The notes under the pieces: model-generated
Databases searched by the model: none
The model's input: the letters and a program-made list of their open reading frames with translations, nothing else
What the model was told of the DNA's origin: nothing
In this document: one piece after another, positions 1 to 11,038 of the stretch
Position numbering within the stretch: the stretch's first letter is position 1
How the letters are laid out: every line of letters starts with the position of its first letter
From: Terriglobia bacterium
GTDB taxonomy: Bacteria; Acidobacteriota; Terriglobia; 20CM-2-55-15
Direction of reading: 5' to 3'
Length of the DNA stretch: 64,000 bases
NCBI GenBank assembly: GCA_965198225.1
Contig: CBDAOY010000005.1
Span: 576,001-640,000, forward strand
Made by a program: the position numbers and the translations under genes

Positions 1-2
1 GC

Positions 3-896
3 GAAGCCAGTGGCCTCGAATACCTCAAGCCGTTCCTCCCTGGACTGGAACCCGTGCTGGCGGACCCGGACATAAGCGAGATCATGATCAACGGCCCGAA
101 CAACGTCTGGGTCGAACGGGCAGGGAAACTCCAACCCCATGAAGCGCCCGCGCTCGATCGGCGGGCGCTGGCCCGCGCCGCCATCCATATTGCGCGGCCC
201 CTGGGTCTGGACCCGGCGCAGAAGCCCATCGTGGATGCCCGGCTCGATGACGGATCAAGAGTGGCCATCTGCGTCCCGCCGGCCAGCCCCCAGGTGGCCA
301 TCACCGTGCGGCGCTTCGGCAAGCGGAGCTTTTCTCCCGACGACCTGGTGCGCCTCGGTTCCCTGCCCCCGGAGGTGCTCACCGCGGCGCGCAAGGCGCT
401 GCTGGGACAACAGAACATCCTCGTGTCGGGAGGAACCGGATCGGGCAAGACCACCCTGCTCAATGCGCTGATCGAACTGCTGCCCGACGACGACCGCATT
501 GTTTCGATCGAGGACACGCTCGAGCTGCGGATCGACCAATCCAATTGCGTCCGCTTCGAGGCGCGCGGGATCGACAGCGGAGCGGTGACGATCCGGGATC
601 TCGTCAAACACGCACTCCGCCATCGACCGGATCACATCGCCAACAACGCCGAATCCGCCCTTTCGCGGCTGGCCAGTTGCGCCATGCAGGGTGGCGGCGA
701 TCTTCCCTGGGAAGTCACCTGCCGGGGCGTCACGGACGGAATCTCCATGGTCATTCACATGACGCGGCGCGACGGAAAGCGGTACGTCGAGGAAGCGCTG
801 CATGTCGGCGACTACGACGTCGACATGCGGCGCTGGCACTACCGGCCCGTCGCCTTCCCGTCTTCACCCGCCACACCGGAAAAGGTAAAGCCATGA
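3..896 (+). pseudogene. CpaF/TadA/VirB11-family secretion ATPase, 5' end outside window, in-frame internal deletion
   Basis: EIMING, PIVDARLDDGSRV, Walker A GGTGSGKTT and Asp box SIEDTLEL are present. RHRPDHI runs directly into ANNAESAL, so the Walker B (IVGEVR) and His box (NTGH) segment is missing. Confidence 0.8.
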
Positions 897-1408
897 CGGA
901 TACAGCAAGACGGAAGAAGCAGGCTGCACGGATCGGCGCGTTGATCGGCGTCGCCGGAATTATCGCCCTGACAATGGCCGGACAGTGGGCCGGGCCCGTC
1001 ACCGCGCGCGTGGAGCGCGTCGTTGACGGCGCTACCCTCGTCGGCCGCTATCAGGGCGGGAGCCATACCGTCCGCCTCATCGGAGTGGACACGCAGGAGA
1101 CTGTGCATCCCACCCGGCCTGTGCAGTATTTCGGGGCCGAGGCCTCCGCTTTCACGAAAGCGCAGCCGGGCGGTAAGACGGTCGAACTCGTGGTCGACCG
1201 GACCGGCGATACCGTCGACGCCTACGGCCGGCTCCCGCAGTTCGTCTATCTCGACGCCGGCGAGCTTTCGAATGCCACCCTCATCCGCGAAGGCTACGGC
1301 CATGCGATTCGCGGATTCGACTACTCGGTGCGGCCGGAGTTCATTGCGCTCGAAAATCCGGCGCGCATTCAGGGGCGGGGCTTATGGGCGCCGCGCCAGG
1401 CCGGGTGA
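893..1408 (+). CDS. Thermonuclease (SNase) family protein with N-terminal TM segment, possibly degenerate
   Basis: VVDGATL, VRLIGVDTQE, DAYGRL, N.TLIREGY and ARIQGRGLW motifs. ATG at 893 overlaps the upstream stop. The DGDT and DTPE motifs are altered. Confidence 0.8.
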   Translation: MTDTARRKKQAARIGALIGVAGIIALTMAGQWAGPVTARVERVVDGATLVGRYQGGSHTVRLIGVDTQETVHPTRPVQYFGAEASAFTKAQPGGKTVELVVDRTGDTVDAYGRLPQFVYLDAGELSNATLIREGYGHAIRGFDYSVRPEFIALENPARIQGRGLWAPRQAG

Positions 1409-1696
1409 TGCCGAACACGAAACGTTGGGGGCCTTCCCTTCCCTCTGGCCGCACTCCGCGCCGCCGCGCGCAATCCGGGCACACGATCTTGAGGGTCGGC
1501 CGCCAGCAGTGGGCAGCGCCTTTGCATCGTGAACTCCCAACGCCGGGGCGAGCCAACGGGACGCGCCTCGGCGGGCGCGCCAATCGAGTCCTTGCCCCAG
1601 TCGGAGTTTCGGTTCGGTTCCGACGATGTGCCGCCGCCCGCTGGCGGGGACCGTGGCCCGGCGCACCTCTCGCGCCAGAAGGGGAACCCGCGCCGC

Positions 1697-1746
1697 TGAG
1701 CGGCCGCCGCTCCAAACCCTTTAACCGGGAGGATTCAATCAATGGC
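1697..1746 (+). repeat. 50-bp leader repeat copy 1, ending in GGAGG RBS plus ATG
   Basis: 44/50 identical to 3047-3096. Confidence 0.85.
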
Positions 1747-1759
1747 GCTCGATCAAGCA

Positions 1760-2711
1760 GCGCGGCGTGTAAGCGCACGGAAGTCTCCAATGACCGCGAC
1801 CCGATCCGGGATCGATTGGAAGTGCTGGACCAAGAGCAGTTGTTCCTTGAGCGTTTTGAAGAAGCGTTCGATACGTTTTCTGGGCATCGAATCGTCGCCG
1901 GCCTTCGTCCCCGATCCGGAAGGGAACAGCGCTGGATCTCGTTCTGGAAGTCGTCGCTCATGAACTGCCAGCCGTGATCATGTCGGAACTGCAATCCGGC
2001 CGCGGCGAAGACGGTGACCTGGCCTTGGTCGATTGTTACAGTCGCCGTGGCGTCGATGCCCCACATCTGGTTCGGACGATCGGTCGTGAGGGTGCCGGTA
2101 TGCGACCGTGTCGCGGCCGACACGGCCTGACGTTCCGGTGCCAGCAACTGGGCTTCCGGCATCAGGCGCAGCACCCGGGTCTTGGAAGTCCGGACACCCG
2201 CCGCCCGGAGGCGTGCGCAGAACTTCCGGTGCCCTTTCGCGATAAATGGCCAGGCGGCGATCTCCTGTCGGATCCGCTCGGTTAATTCTTCATCAGTGAA
2301 TCGAGTCGTGGGCCCGCTCTCCTACAACTCCACCGGAAATCTTCGGCGATGACGTGCGCATCATCCGTCGACCGTGGGACTGCCCAAGCCGCTGCGACAC
2401 GCGCCAGACCATACGGTTTTCCTCTGGAGGGCAACTTCGCCCGACTCATTTCTTCGACCTCCACTGTAGAAAAGATTTCTCGTCCTCCCGCTGCCGGATC
2501 CGTTCCCGCAACAGCTCCAGTACCACGGTCACCTTGAGCCGCGCCGACCATCGCGACCCTTGCCGCCGCGCGTTTAATCTGGGGGTGCGAAGCGAGTCCG
2601 TAGGGCGAGTGAAGCGGCGCGAGATGCTCTCGTCGTTCCTCTGGAAATATTGGGATCCTCCTGGCCTGTAGTTTCTCAAATCACTGTCGCCGCGAAATCG
2701 TGGGGCGGAGG
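1760..2711 (-). mobile_element. Degraded IS3-family element
   Basis: Frameshifted integrase-core fragments (TDRPNQMWGIDAT, FRHDHGWQFMSDDFQ) and an orfA-like fragment RWSARLKVTVVLELLR. Boundaries approximate. Confidence 0.7.
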
Positions 2712-3046
2712 AATAGAGACAGATAGCGACACTGTCGTTGTGTGTCTTTATTCCCCGACTGTGATTCCTTACTCGCTGATCTGCCAGCCCGCGCCGCTGA
2801 GCGCGTACGGTGATATTCTTTGCGTTTCCGGTGTGTCGTTTGCTGGTCGCCGCTTCTCTTCACGGTTTTTCTAATCTCACCATTTTCCCGTGGCCTCGAT
2901 TGCTTCGCTTGGGTTGGCGCAGGAGCCGTGCCAGAGCGGACAGGCGTCCGTCCGGGCGTCTGTCACGGCTCCTGGTCTAAGGCGGTTATTCCGCGCTGAC
3001 CCGCACGCCGGTAACGGACCCCTGGGGGGGGGCCGCTTGTTCGGGA

Positions 3047-3096
3047 TGAGCCGCCGCCGCTCCAAACTCTTTAAGCAGGAGGATTCGATCGATGGC
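3047..3096 (+). repeat. 50-bp leader repeat copy 2
   Basis: 44/50 identical to 1697-1746 and provides the RBS and ATG of the 3092 ORF. Confidence 0.85.
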
Positions 3097-3355
3097 TAGC
3101 AACTTTAAACACGCAGCGGAACTCAGAATCGGATCCGTCAAGGCGACGATGTTGGGGAACAAGGTCGAAAATCTCACGACGCACAACGTCGTCTTCTCGC
3201 GACTCTACCGCGTTGGCGAGCAATGGAAGACCACACACACTTTCGTCGGGAACAGCCCGGTGATCCTCGCGAAGCTCGCCGACCAAGGGCACAGCTTCAT
3301 TGCTGAGAGGCACTTCGATCCTGACCCGGCTGGTGCGGCCGAGGACGGGGACTAG
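3092..3355 (+). CDS. Small conserved hypothetical protein, putative ssDNA-binding fold
   Basis: Strong RBS. The ELRIG.VKAT...NV.FSRLY..G.QWK.T..F pattern resembles small mobile-element proteins recalled from Planctomycetes and Acidobacteria. Confidence 0.6.
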   Translation: MASNFKHAAELRIGSVKATMLGNKVENLTTHNVVFSRLYRVGEQWKTTHTFVGNSPVILAKLADQGHSFIAERHFDPDPAGAAEDGD

Positions 3356-3471
3356 CCGGACCTTTGGCGTCGGGCGATGCCCGGCGCCGCGACACCCGAT
3401 CGCTGCGGAAGGCAAGGGCGGGCACTAAGCGAGATCGTAACCGTACCGCAGGCGAATCCGCAACCGGGTTA

Positions 3472-3880
3472 CTACTCGCAAACCATCCCGTCCTCGTCGC
3501 CATCGGTCATGTAGGGATATGCGGGGTGTCCTCGCCTCACGGGTGCGATCCCGTGCATCCGCGCTTCAGCGCACGAAATCCGGCCGTTACCGTTCTCGTC
3601 CCAGCGTTCGAGGGCGGGGCGCGCCGCGCGAAGGAGGCGGACCCTGCCGGGGCGCGGCCGTCCTCGCACCTCCGCGCTGAAAGATCATGGCCGTCGGAAG
3701 CGCATCCCGCCAGGGCCCGGTCCAGGGTGCGGCCACGGGCTGCCGAAGACGAGAGGGTCGAAAGCCCTGGCGCGCCGGCCGGCAAACCAGCACCTATTCA
3801 GGGGCGGCATCCATTCTGCGGCATCCCGGCCGTTCTTTCCGCCACGATTCAAGCTCGGGGGAGGCGAGGGTGATATTCAG
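3472..3880 (-). pseudogene. HNH/DUF1524-like nuclease plus Excalibur Ca-binding domain, frameshifted 3' fragment
   Basis: C-terminus DENGNGRISCAEAR..GIAPV.RGHPAY.YM.DGDEDG.VCE. Upstream NITLASPEL and DAAEW-like pieces lie in other frames. Confidence 0.65.
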
Positions 3881-3961
3881 CAGGTACGTATTCCCTAGCT
3901 TCTCGCCGAAACATGTCGAATAAGTTTTTCTCGTACCTGGAGGGGTTTTGAAGTGACCATC

Positions 3962-5261
3962 GGGAGTGCGCCCCCAAAACTGGACAGATTTCGTCAAAGA
4001 TTGAGAATAGGCCGATCGGCGCGTTTCAAGTTCACGAGCTGCTCGAACTCGATCGGCGGACGATAGCCGATTGAGGAGTGCAGCCGCTTGCGATTGTAGA
4101 CCTCCTCGATGAAGTATGGGACACGTTCGATCACGTCCTCGTAGGTCTCGTAGTTCCAGAGATGGATCTCCTCGTACTTCAACGTCTTGAAGAACGACTC
4201 CACGAAAGCGTTGTCCCCGGGATTGCCCTTCGCCGACATGCTGATCTGGAAGCCGTGTGTTCGCAAGATGTCGATGTAGTCGTCGGAGGCATACTGCACG
4301 CCCCGATCTGAATGATGGATGCAGCCCCGGGTGTCGAGACGCGCTGCGATGGCCATCTGTAACGCCTCGATGCAGAGCTGGCGGTCGATCCGTTTCGAGA
4401 TCGCCCAACCGATGACCTTGCGAGAGTGGAGATCCAGGATGGCGGCCAGGAACACGAATCCGGTGCGTATCCGGATGTAAGTGATATCGGCTGCCCACGC
4501 TTGATTCAGACCGGTGACCGTGTGCCTCTTCAGCAGATTGGGGTAGATGCGGAACCGGTGATTGGAATCGGTCGTGTGGACGAAACTCCGCCAGGTGATC
4601 GGCTTCAACCCGTACCGCTTCATCACGCGCCGAGCCGTTTCGTGTTGACGATCTCGCCCTGGCGTTCCAGTTCCCGATACACCCGGCGGTATCCGTAGCC
4701 GGGAAATTCGGCCTGGATCCGCTCGATGCGATCGCGCAGATCGGCGTCCTGTTGCGCTTTCAGTTTGGGATCGACCTTCGGCCTGTAGTAATACGTGCTA
4801 CGTGCCAGGCCCGTCATTTCGCACCCTTTCGATATCGATCCCAGTTTTTCCCAGTGATTACGGCAGTATCGACGTTTCGATTCCGCTTCATCCAGCTCTG
4901 CAGTTTTTTTTGATGATCGATCTGCATCACCAGATCCCCAACCTTCGCCTTCAGGCGTTCATTCTCGGCCTCCAACGCCCGTTCCCGGCTCGAAGGCCTA
5001 TCCACCAGTTGATTCGCCTCGTACTGCGTCCGCCAACGCTGAATCACGCTGGGCGAGATCTGGTACTGCCGCGCTCAGCGTCATCTGGCCTGTTTCAATC
5101 TGCTCGACCAGGCGTCGCTTGAATTCCACTTCAAACTTCCGTCGGATCTTTCCCATCGGTGTCGGACTCCCTGGCCCACTGCTGAAAAATCGGCGCGCGT
5201 CACGCGCTGTGGAAACCGTGGAAAAGCTCGGCACAATACGCTCCGCTTTCCCACCGTTCCC
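3962..5261 (-). mobile_element. IS3-family element copy A (frameshifted, left end lost)
   Basis: Near-identical to 45918-47335. It has a 1-bp deletion near 4633 and an 8-bp repeat collapse near 5070. WAADITYI, HHSDRGVQY and ESFFKTLK motifs are present. Confidence 0.92.
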
Positions 5262-5660
5262 ATCGACGACTGGCTCCTGGCGCCTCTGCGCGATAGTGAA
5301 CGCCGCGACCTGATCGAGGTCATCGAGGAACGCAGCGAACGCTCTTCGACCCTGATCGCCAGCCAACTCCCCGTCTCGGACTGGCACGGCGTCATCGGTG
5401 ATCCGAACCAGGCCGATGCCATCTGCGACCGTCTCTTACACAACGCGCACCGGATCGAACTGAAGGGGGCGTCGATGCGGCAGACTAAATCCGCACCGAA
5501 GAAGTCGAAGGTATCCCGATGACTGTCACGGCATCCTGGCTCAGGGGCTACTCCAGCTCGGACCGGAACCGAATCGTCGCTCCTCGGTCGCCCTCGCGCG
5601 AAGTAATTGCAGGAACCGGCACGTACGCACCCGCTCCGGGCTGCAGGATGCTCCCGCAAC
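5262..5660 (+). mobile_element. istB: IS21-family 3' remnant (istB C-terminus plus right end)
   Basis: 5262-5522 encodes IDDWLL...ASQLPVSDW...ADAICDRLLHNAHRIELKGASMR. The remnant ends in ACA at the point where the next gene is cut. Confidence 0.8.
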
Positions 5661-6104
5661 AGAATCGGCTACACAGACTCCCATTCCCCATCCCTTGGTG
5701 TTTAGTTGGCTCCCTGAAGTGAGGTTTGAAAAGCTGCCGTGGCCGTCGTTGGCATAGAGGGCCGCCATGAGATCGCCTCCCTGTCCGATCCTCTCGAGTG
5801 TCGAACCATTCACGATCAGGACATCCATGTCGCCGTCGTTATCGTAGTCAAAAAAGGCTGCCCCGTTTCCGCTCACTTCGACGATGTAGTCCTTACGGGC
5901 GGTTCCGGAGACATTCAAGAGGGTCAAGCCCGCCTCTTGCGCTACATCGACGAATCGCGGCAAGGGATCGGTCTGAGCCGCGCCAAGCGAAGCCGCGAAG
6001 CCACAACATAGCGCCCAAGCCACATACGGCTTCATTCTCCTGCGCATTGCTCGTTTCATTGCTAGCCTTTCAGCTTGGCGTCTCAGGTAGCCAATGGGAC
6101 TCAC
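5661..6104 (-). pseudogene. CRTAC1/FG-GAP repeat protein, N-terminal fragment
   Basis: Signal peptide, FVDVAQEAGL, GAAFFDYDNDGDMD and GWGMGVCVAD, then truncated by the IS21 end. Confidence 0.8.
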
Positions 6105-6374
6105 CGCTTCTCTTTGAAACAGCGCATGGGAGGAGCGGGTCTAGCGAAGATCACTCTGTCGCACCTCCTCACTCTAATTGCTTCGTGTCAATTCAGGTCA
6201 AGAAAAATGAAGATCTTTCCTAGTCTTCCTGGAAACCGTGGAAGTAGGCAAAGTGGTGATGTTGAAAGAACCAGTCGAGAGGGCGGGAGGGCCGAAGATT
6301 CGCCTCCGTAATGGGGGGGATCTCAGGCGAATGGCGCGAATGGCGCGCGGCTGCGCGCCATCCGCGGAAGGGGG

Positions 6375-9300
6375 TTAGTAGTAGTACTTTATGCCGAACT
6401 GGATCTGCCGCGCTTGGTGGGTCTGTGTGCTTCGACCGAATGCACTCGAGTTGACCCTGCTGTTGGGAACGAAGAAGTGCGCCTGGTTGAACGCATTGAA
6501 GAACTCCGCGCGGAACTCCACGCGGTGATTGTCTCCAATCAGCGTGTTCTTCGTCAGCGTCAGATCCCAGTTGACGAATCCCGGGGCTTTCAGCACGTTC
6601 CATCCGGAATTCCCGTTGGTGCCGTCCGCGGGCCTCGTGAAACACGATGTGTCGAACCATCGGTCCGCACTGCGCTGGCCTCGGGGAAGGACGCCGTCGC
6701 AAATCCGGTTTGGACGTGTCGTAGATTGGCCGACGTTGGCAATGTCTCCACCCCAGCCGGGTGTAAAGGATTGCCCGGTCGAGAACGTGGCGATGCCCGC
6801 CACCTGCCATCCACCGAGCAGCCCATTAGCGACTCCTGAAAGGTTGGACAGGAAAGGCCTGCCCGCACCCCACGGCAGCTCGTAGGAGAAGCTGTTGACC
6901 TGCCGGTGGCGGATATCGAAGCTCTGTTGAGCCTTTTCGAGGTGCGCGTTGTCGGGGTCTCGAGTGTCGCGGTCGCGATTGCAGCACCCGATCGCATGGG
7001 ACCACGTCCAGGCGGAAACGAACGCCAGGCCCGACGAGAACCGGCGCTCCAGTTTGGTCTGCAACGAGTGGTAGGTCGAAAGACCTACCCGTTCCGTCTG
7101 GGTGATGTTGCCAAACTCCGGAATGGGTCGGCGCGAGCTGATCGAACCGGAGCCCAGACGCGCCTGGTTGACATTGCGGCCGCGGCCGTCCAGCTTGGTC
7201 CCCTTCGTGCCGACGTAGGCGACCTCGAGCACCATGTTGCCGCCCAGCGGCCGCTGGATGCTCAGTTGCCACTGCTGCAGGTAGCCGTCGGCCTGGTCGA
7301 CATCGGCCGCGCGGGCCACAATCGAGCCGCTCGCCAGAGCTGCCGGGAACGCCGTGTTGATGGGGTCCCTCAAGCTGAGAACCGGCGCTCCTGGAGGCGC
7401 ATTGAAGGTCTGGGGAAGGTTCCAGGGATATGCGCGATCACGATTCGAATGGTTCTCGGCGGCGATTTCCGGCTCGGTGAAGATGCCATAACCGCCGCGT
7501 AAGACGAGGTTCAGCGCTTCCGGAGACCAGGCGAAACCGATCCGGGGCGCGAAGTTGTTCAGGTCGTTCTCATAGAGCCCCTCGGGAATCCCGAACTGGG
7601 CTCCGCCTTCGATGGTAATGGCGTTCGGTTCGCCCGTGATCGGGTCGCGGAACTGCCTCGGGCCCTCTTCCCCACCGATCACGATCTGCCGGGTCGGGAT
7701 GTGGAACACCGCCAGACCGGCGCCCTCGTCCTTCAGCACGTTGATCGAGCGGGTCTGCATCTCCCAACGCATTCCCAGGTTGAGCGTCAGGTTGGGAGCC
7801 ACCTTCCAGTCGTCCTGGATGAACCCCGCGTAGGAGCGGCTGCGATTCTGGTCGTACGGATCCCCGACCACCCGCTGAGTTCGATTTGGAAAACCCATCA
7901 ACACGTCGCCGAACGAGTGGCCCGTGTACCGGCCGTCAAACCGGAAATTGCCGTTCGGGCTACTGTCGATGAAGATGTTCAGCATGTACGTGCGCGCCTC
8001 GCCACCGATCTTCAGCTGGTGATTGCCGCGCGTGATTGAAAGCATGTCGGCCATGTGCCAGGTGTTGTCGAAACGCAGTTGCGCGCTGAAACTGACCCCG
8101 CCGACCGGGGCGTACCCCGTCACGCTCATTCTCGGCCAGCCGAATCTCCTGTCGTCGGGACGGAACGAGCTCTGCACGCCGGTGACTCCCAGGGCCTTCG
8201 CGTGGTCGGTCCCGTAGAGTTCGGAGTAGATACCGCCGATCAGGCGGTTGAACCCGATTCGGGCTTCATTCACCACGGTCGGTCCGAACACGTAGGTGTC
8301 GCTCAGCGCAAAGTTGCGGCCGATCGGCTGAAAGAACGTGTTGCCGCCCCCGGGCAGAGCCCCCCGATCGAAGTTCGTCTGGATCTCGAAGGTTTCCTGC
8401 CATGTGCCGCGGTGAAAAATGCTGTGGTTGTCCGAAAAGCGGTAGTCCCACTTGTATGTATACAGGTCAAAATCCGTCCGCCTTACCGAGCTGGCCTCGT
8501 AGTTCTGGCTACCCGCACGGTTCGGCATGGGATAGAACCCCGCCACGGCGTTCGAAATCGAGTCGATCCGATCCGCCGGAATGATGTTCCCGGGGAACGG
8601 CAGACCGGTGAGCGGATCCGTCAACGCATCGAATCCACGCCTGAAGCTAGATTGGGAAAAGTCCCCGGCCCGTTCCGCTGCCGTGGGAACCACGCGCAAC
8701 GCGGTTTCCGTGCTCCGGATCCGGTTCCCCTCGTAGTTGAACATGAAGAACATCTTGTCCTTGATGATCGGGCCGCTCACGACCGTGCCGAACTGGTTGC
8801 GCTTGAAAGGCTTCTTACCCGAGGCAAAAAAGTTCCGCGCGTCGAAACGGTCGTTACGGACGAACTCGAACAACACCACATGGAAGTCGTTGGTTCCCGA
8901 TTTGGTCTGAACGTTCAACACTCCACCGCTGGCCCGGCCCAGCTCGGCGCCGTAGGTGCTGGTGGAGAGCTTGAACTCCTGGATGGCGTCTATAGATGGG
9001 ATGATCACCAGCTGGGCATTGCCCGTGTCGTTGTTGTCGACACCGTCCAGCAAGAAATCGTTCTTGGAGCGGCTCACGCCGTTGGCGTAGAAGGACGGAG
9101 ACTGGCGAGAGCCGCCCTGCACGTCCGGCAGCACGCCCGTTGTCAGATGGGTGAGGCTCATGAAATGGCGCTGGTTGAGCGGAATATCGCTGATCGCCTT
9201 GCCGCCGATCACCTGGCCCAACACCGCCGTGTCGCTCTCGAGCAGCGGAGCCTCGGCTGTCACCTCCACAACTTCGGTCACCTGCCCGACTTGCAGGACG

Positions 9301-9626
9301 AAGTCCACACGGATCACCGCTTCCACAGCCAACGTGAGGCCCGATCGGACCTCCCGCCTGAAGCCCGGTAATGACGCTTCCACCTCATAACCGGCCGCCG
9401 GCGGCAGCGCCGCCACGATGTAGGTGCCGGTCTCGTTGGTAAGGACAGTACGCGTCAAGCCTGTGGCCGGATTCCGAATCACGACCTCCACGCCCGGAAT
9501 CATGGCTCCGGTGACATCGCCCACCGTTCCGGTAATTCGTCCCGTTGTAGTTTGACCAAAGACTGGTAGTCCACCAATCCCAGCGAGCAGCGCAAACGCC
9601 GCAACTGCGCGCACACATCGATACAT
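6375..9626 (-). CDS. TonB-dependent receptor with carboxypeptidase regulatory-like N-domain (Oar-like)
   Basis: GRITGTVGD, DAIQEFK, TKSGTNDFH, NFAPRIGFAW and C-terminal RQIQFGIKYYY. A GGAGG RBS lies before ATG 9626. Confidence 0.92.
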   Translation of the reverse strand: MYRCVRAVAAFALLAGIGGLPVFGQTTTGRITGTVGDVTGAMIPGVEVVIRNPATGLTRTVLTNETGTYIVAALPPAAGYEVEASLPGFRREVRSGLTLAVEAVIRVDFVLQVGQVTEVVEVTAEAPLLESDTAVLGQVIGGKAISDIPLNQRHFMSLTHLTTGVLPDVQGGSRQSPSFYANGVSRSKNDFLLDGVDNNDTGNAQLVIIPSIDAIQEFKLSTSTYGAELGRASGGVLNVQTKSGTNDFHVVLFEFVRNDRFDARNFFASGKKPFKRNQFGTVVSGPIIKDKMFFMFNYEGNRIRSTETALRVVPTAAERAGDFSQSSFRRGFDALTDPLTGLPFPGNIIPADRIDSISNAVAGFYPMPNRAGSQNYEASSVRRTDFDLYTYKWDYRFSDNHSIFHRGTWQETFEIQTNFDRGALPGGGNTFFQPIGRNFALSDTYVFGPTVVNEARIGFNRLIGGIYSELYGTDHAKALGVTGVQSSFRPDDRRFGWPRMSVTGYAPVGGVSFSAQLRFDNTWHMADMLSITRGNHQLKIGGEARTYMLNIFIDSSPNGNFRFDGRYTGHSFGDVLMGFPNRTQRVVGDPYDQNRSRSYAGFIQDDWKVAPNLTLNLGMRWEMQTRSINVLKDEGAGLAVFHIPTRQIVIGGEEGPRQFRDPITGEPNAITIEGGAQFGIPEGLYENDLNNFAPRIGFAWSPEALNLVLRGGYGIFTEPEIAAENHSNRDRAYPWNLPQTFNAPPGAPVLSLRDPINTAFPAALASGSIVARAADVDQADGYLQQWQLSIQRPLGGNMVLEVAYVGTKGTKLDGRGRNVNQARLGSGSISSRRPIPEFGNITQTERVGLSTYHSLQTKLERRFSSGLAFVSAWTWSHAIGCCNRDRDTRDPDNAHLEKAQQSFDIRHRQVNSFSYELPWGAGRPFLSNLSGVANGLLGGWQVAGIATFSTGQSFTPGWGGDIANVGQSTTRPNRICDGVLPRGQRSADRWFDTSCFTRPADGTNGNSGWNVLKAPGFVNWDLTLTKNTLIGDNHRVEFRAEFFNAFNQAHFFVPNSRVNSSAFGRSTQTHQARQIQFGIKYYY

Positions 9627-10054
9627 CACATGCACCTCCCCCGAGAGATCTGTGCCATCGATCTCTGCTACTTTGCCATTCTTTAGCTGGCGATTCTCTA
9701 GCCGGCTATTCTGCAACAACTTATTGGTAATAAACTTGTTGACACGTATAAGGACCCGGTCCGCTCATGTCAAGCGAAATCGAGGTATTCCCGCAAAGCG
9801 TGGACAATACAAGGCGGTGTGCTTTCTCCGGTGAAGTGGAAACCGAAGAAATCCCCGTGAGACTGGTAGATCTTGCCCATTTCATCCCCGGTCGATGCTG
9901 GCATCTCGATAAGTTTTCGGATTGGGCCCGACGAACTTCATGCGAGCGAAACGTTATCCGGAGTGTTCCGGCGATTTGTTCAGGGCTCGACCACGAAGGA
10001 CGGGGTCGGACATACTGGCCGCGGTGTATGGCGACGCGTCCAGTGTAGGCTTGC

Positions 10055-11038
10055 TCACTGCTTCAACTGCTTCAGCAATCTGGACCGCAGGGCTCGAACC
10101 GCATCGCTATCTTCGCCTTCGGGATTCTCTTCAAGATAGGCGTCGAGCTGCTCGAGCGCTCGGTCGTGCTTCTGCTGTTGGACGTAGACATTGGCCAGCA
10201 TGAGCCGCGTCGTGGCTGCCCGGTCGAGTTCGAGCGCCCGGATGAGGGCGCTTTCAGCTTCGTCGAGCCGCGCCAGCTTGTACAACGCATACCCCAGGTA
10301 GTAGCGTGCGGCCGGCGAGCGCCGTTCGAGTCGTGCGGCCTCGCGTAGGACCACCAGAGCCGGCTCGAAATCACTCTGTTCCAACCAGAGGCTCCCGATG
10401 TTGATCAACGGTTGCGCCGCGTTCCGGTTCAGTTCATGGGCTCGCCTGAATTCGGCTTCGGCGTCCTCGAAACGGCCCGACTTCTGGTACTGAACCCCAA
10501 GGTTGTTCCGCGCCTCGTAGAAATCCGGCGCGATACGAAGAGCCTTCTCCAGCCTCTCGATGGCCCGTTTCGTATCTCCCTTCCCGCTGTCTCTGAGCGA
10601 CTTCTCGTGTTCCTCCACGGCTTCTGCAGGATGCCGCATGGCCAGTGTCTTGACATCCACGCGATCCGGGTCCGCAGACCCGCCCCCTGTCGCGACGACC
10701 TCGGGTATTTCGTGGAGGACGACGTCGACCCATGTCTGACCCGTGACCCACACATGCTGTTTCACTTCGCGGAAACCCTCGATGTTCACATGGATGAAGT
10801 AACGTTCCTCACGGACGTTCCTGAAACTGAAGTTGCCGAAATCCAGCGTGCGCGTCGTCTGGATCGGGGTCCCATTCAAGGTCTGCAGATCGATGAGAAA
10901 CGGCTGATCCGGCGCAATGCCCGACCCGAACGAAATCTTGCCTGCAACCTCCATCCCTGCTCCCTGGTACGGAACGGCGGCCGATGTGTGCGCCACCACC
11001 AAGAAGAGGGAAAGGAGAGACATCATGATCGGAGACAT
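10055..11038 (-). CDS. Secreted TPR protein with carboxypeptidase-like N-domain
   Basis: Signal peptide and several TPR motifs (ARNNLGVQY, AEAEFRRA, YYLGYALY). Confidence 0.85.
   Translation of the reverse strand: MSPIMMSLLSLFLVVAHTSAAVPYQGAGMEVAGKISFGSGIAPDQPFLIDLQTLNGTPIQTTRTLDFGNFSFRNVREERYFIHVNIEGFREVKQHVWVTGQTWVDVVLHEIPEVVATGGGSADPDRVDVKTLAMRHPAEAVEEHEKSLRDSGKGDTKRAIERLEKALRIAPDFYEARNNLGVQYQKSGRFEDAEAEFRRAHELNRNAAQPLINIGSLWLEQSDFEPALVVLREAARLERRSPAARYYLGYALYKLARLDEAESALIRALELDRAATTRLMLANVYVQQQKHDRALEQLDAYLEENPEGEDSDAVRALRSRLLKQLKQ

Noticed and set aside
545-892. N-terminal extension of the SNase ORF
   Set aside because: It overlaps the ATPase in another frame. ATG 893 gives normal coupling.
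8055-9371. Long antisense ORFs (also 27222-28928 and 51731-52564) and the shifted-frame ORF 34314-35801
   Set aside because: They are shadows of real genes in GC-rich DNA and have no motifs.
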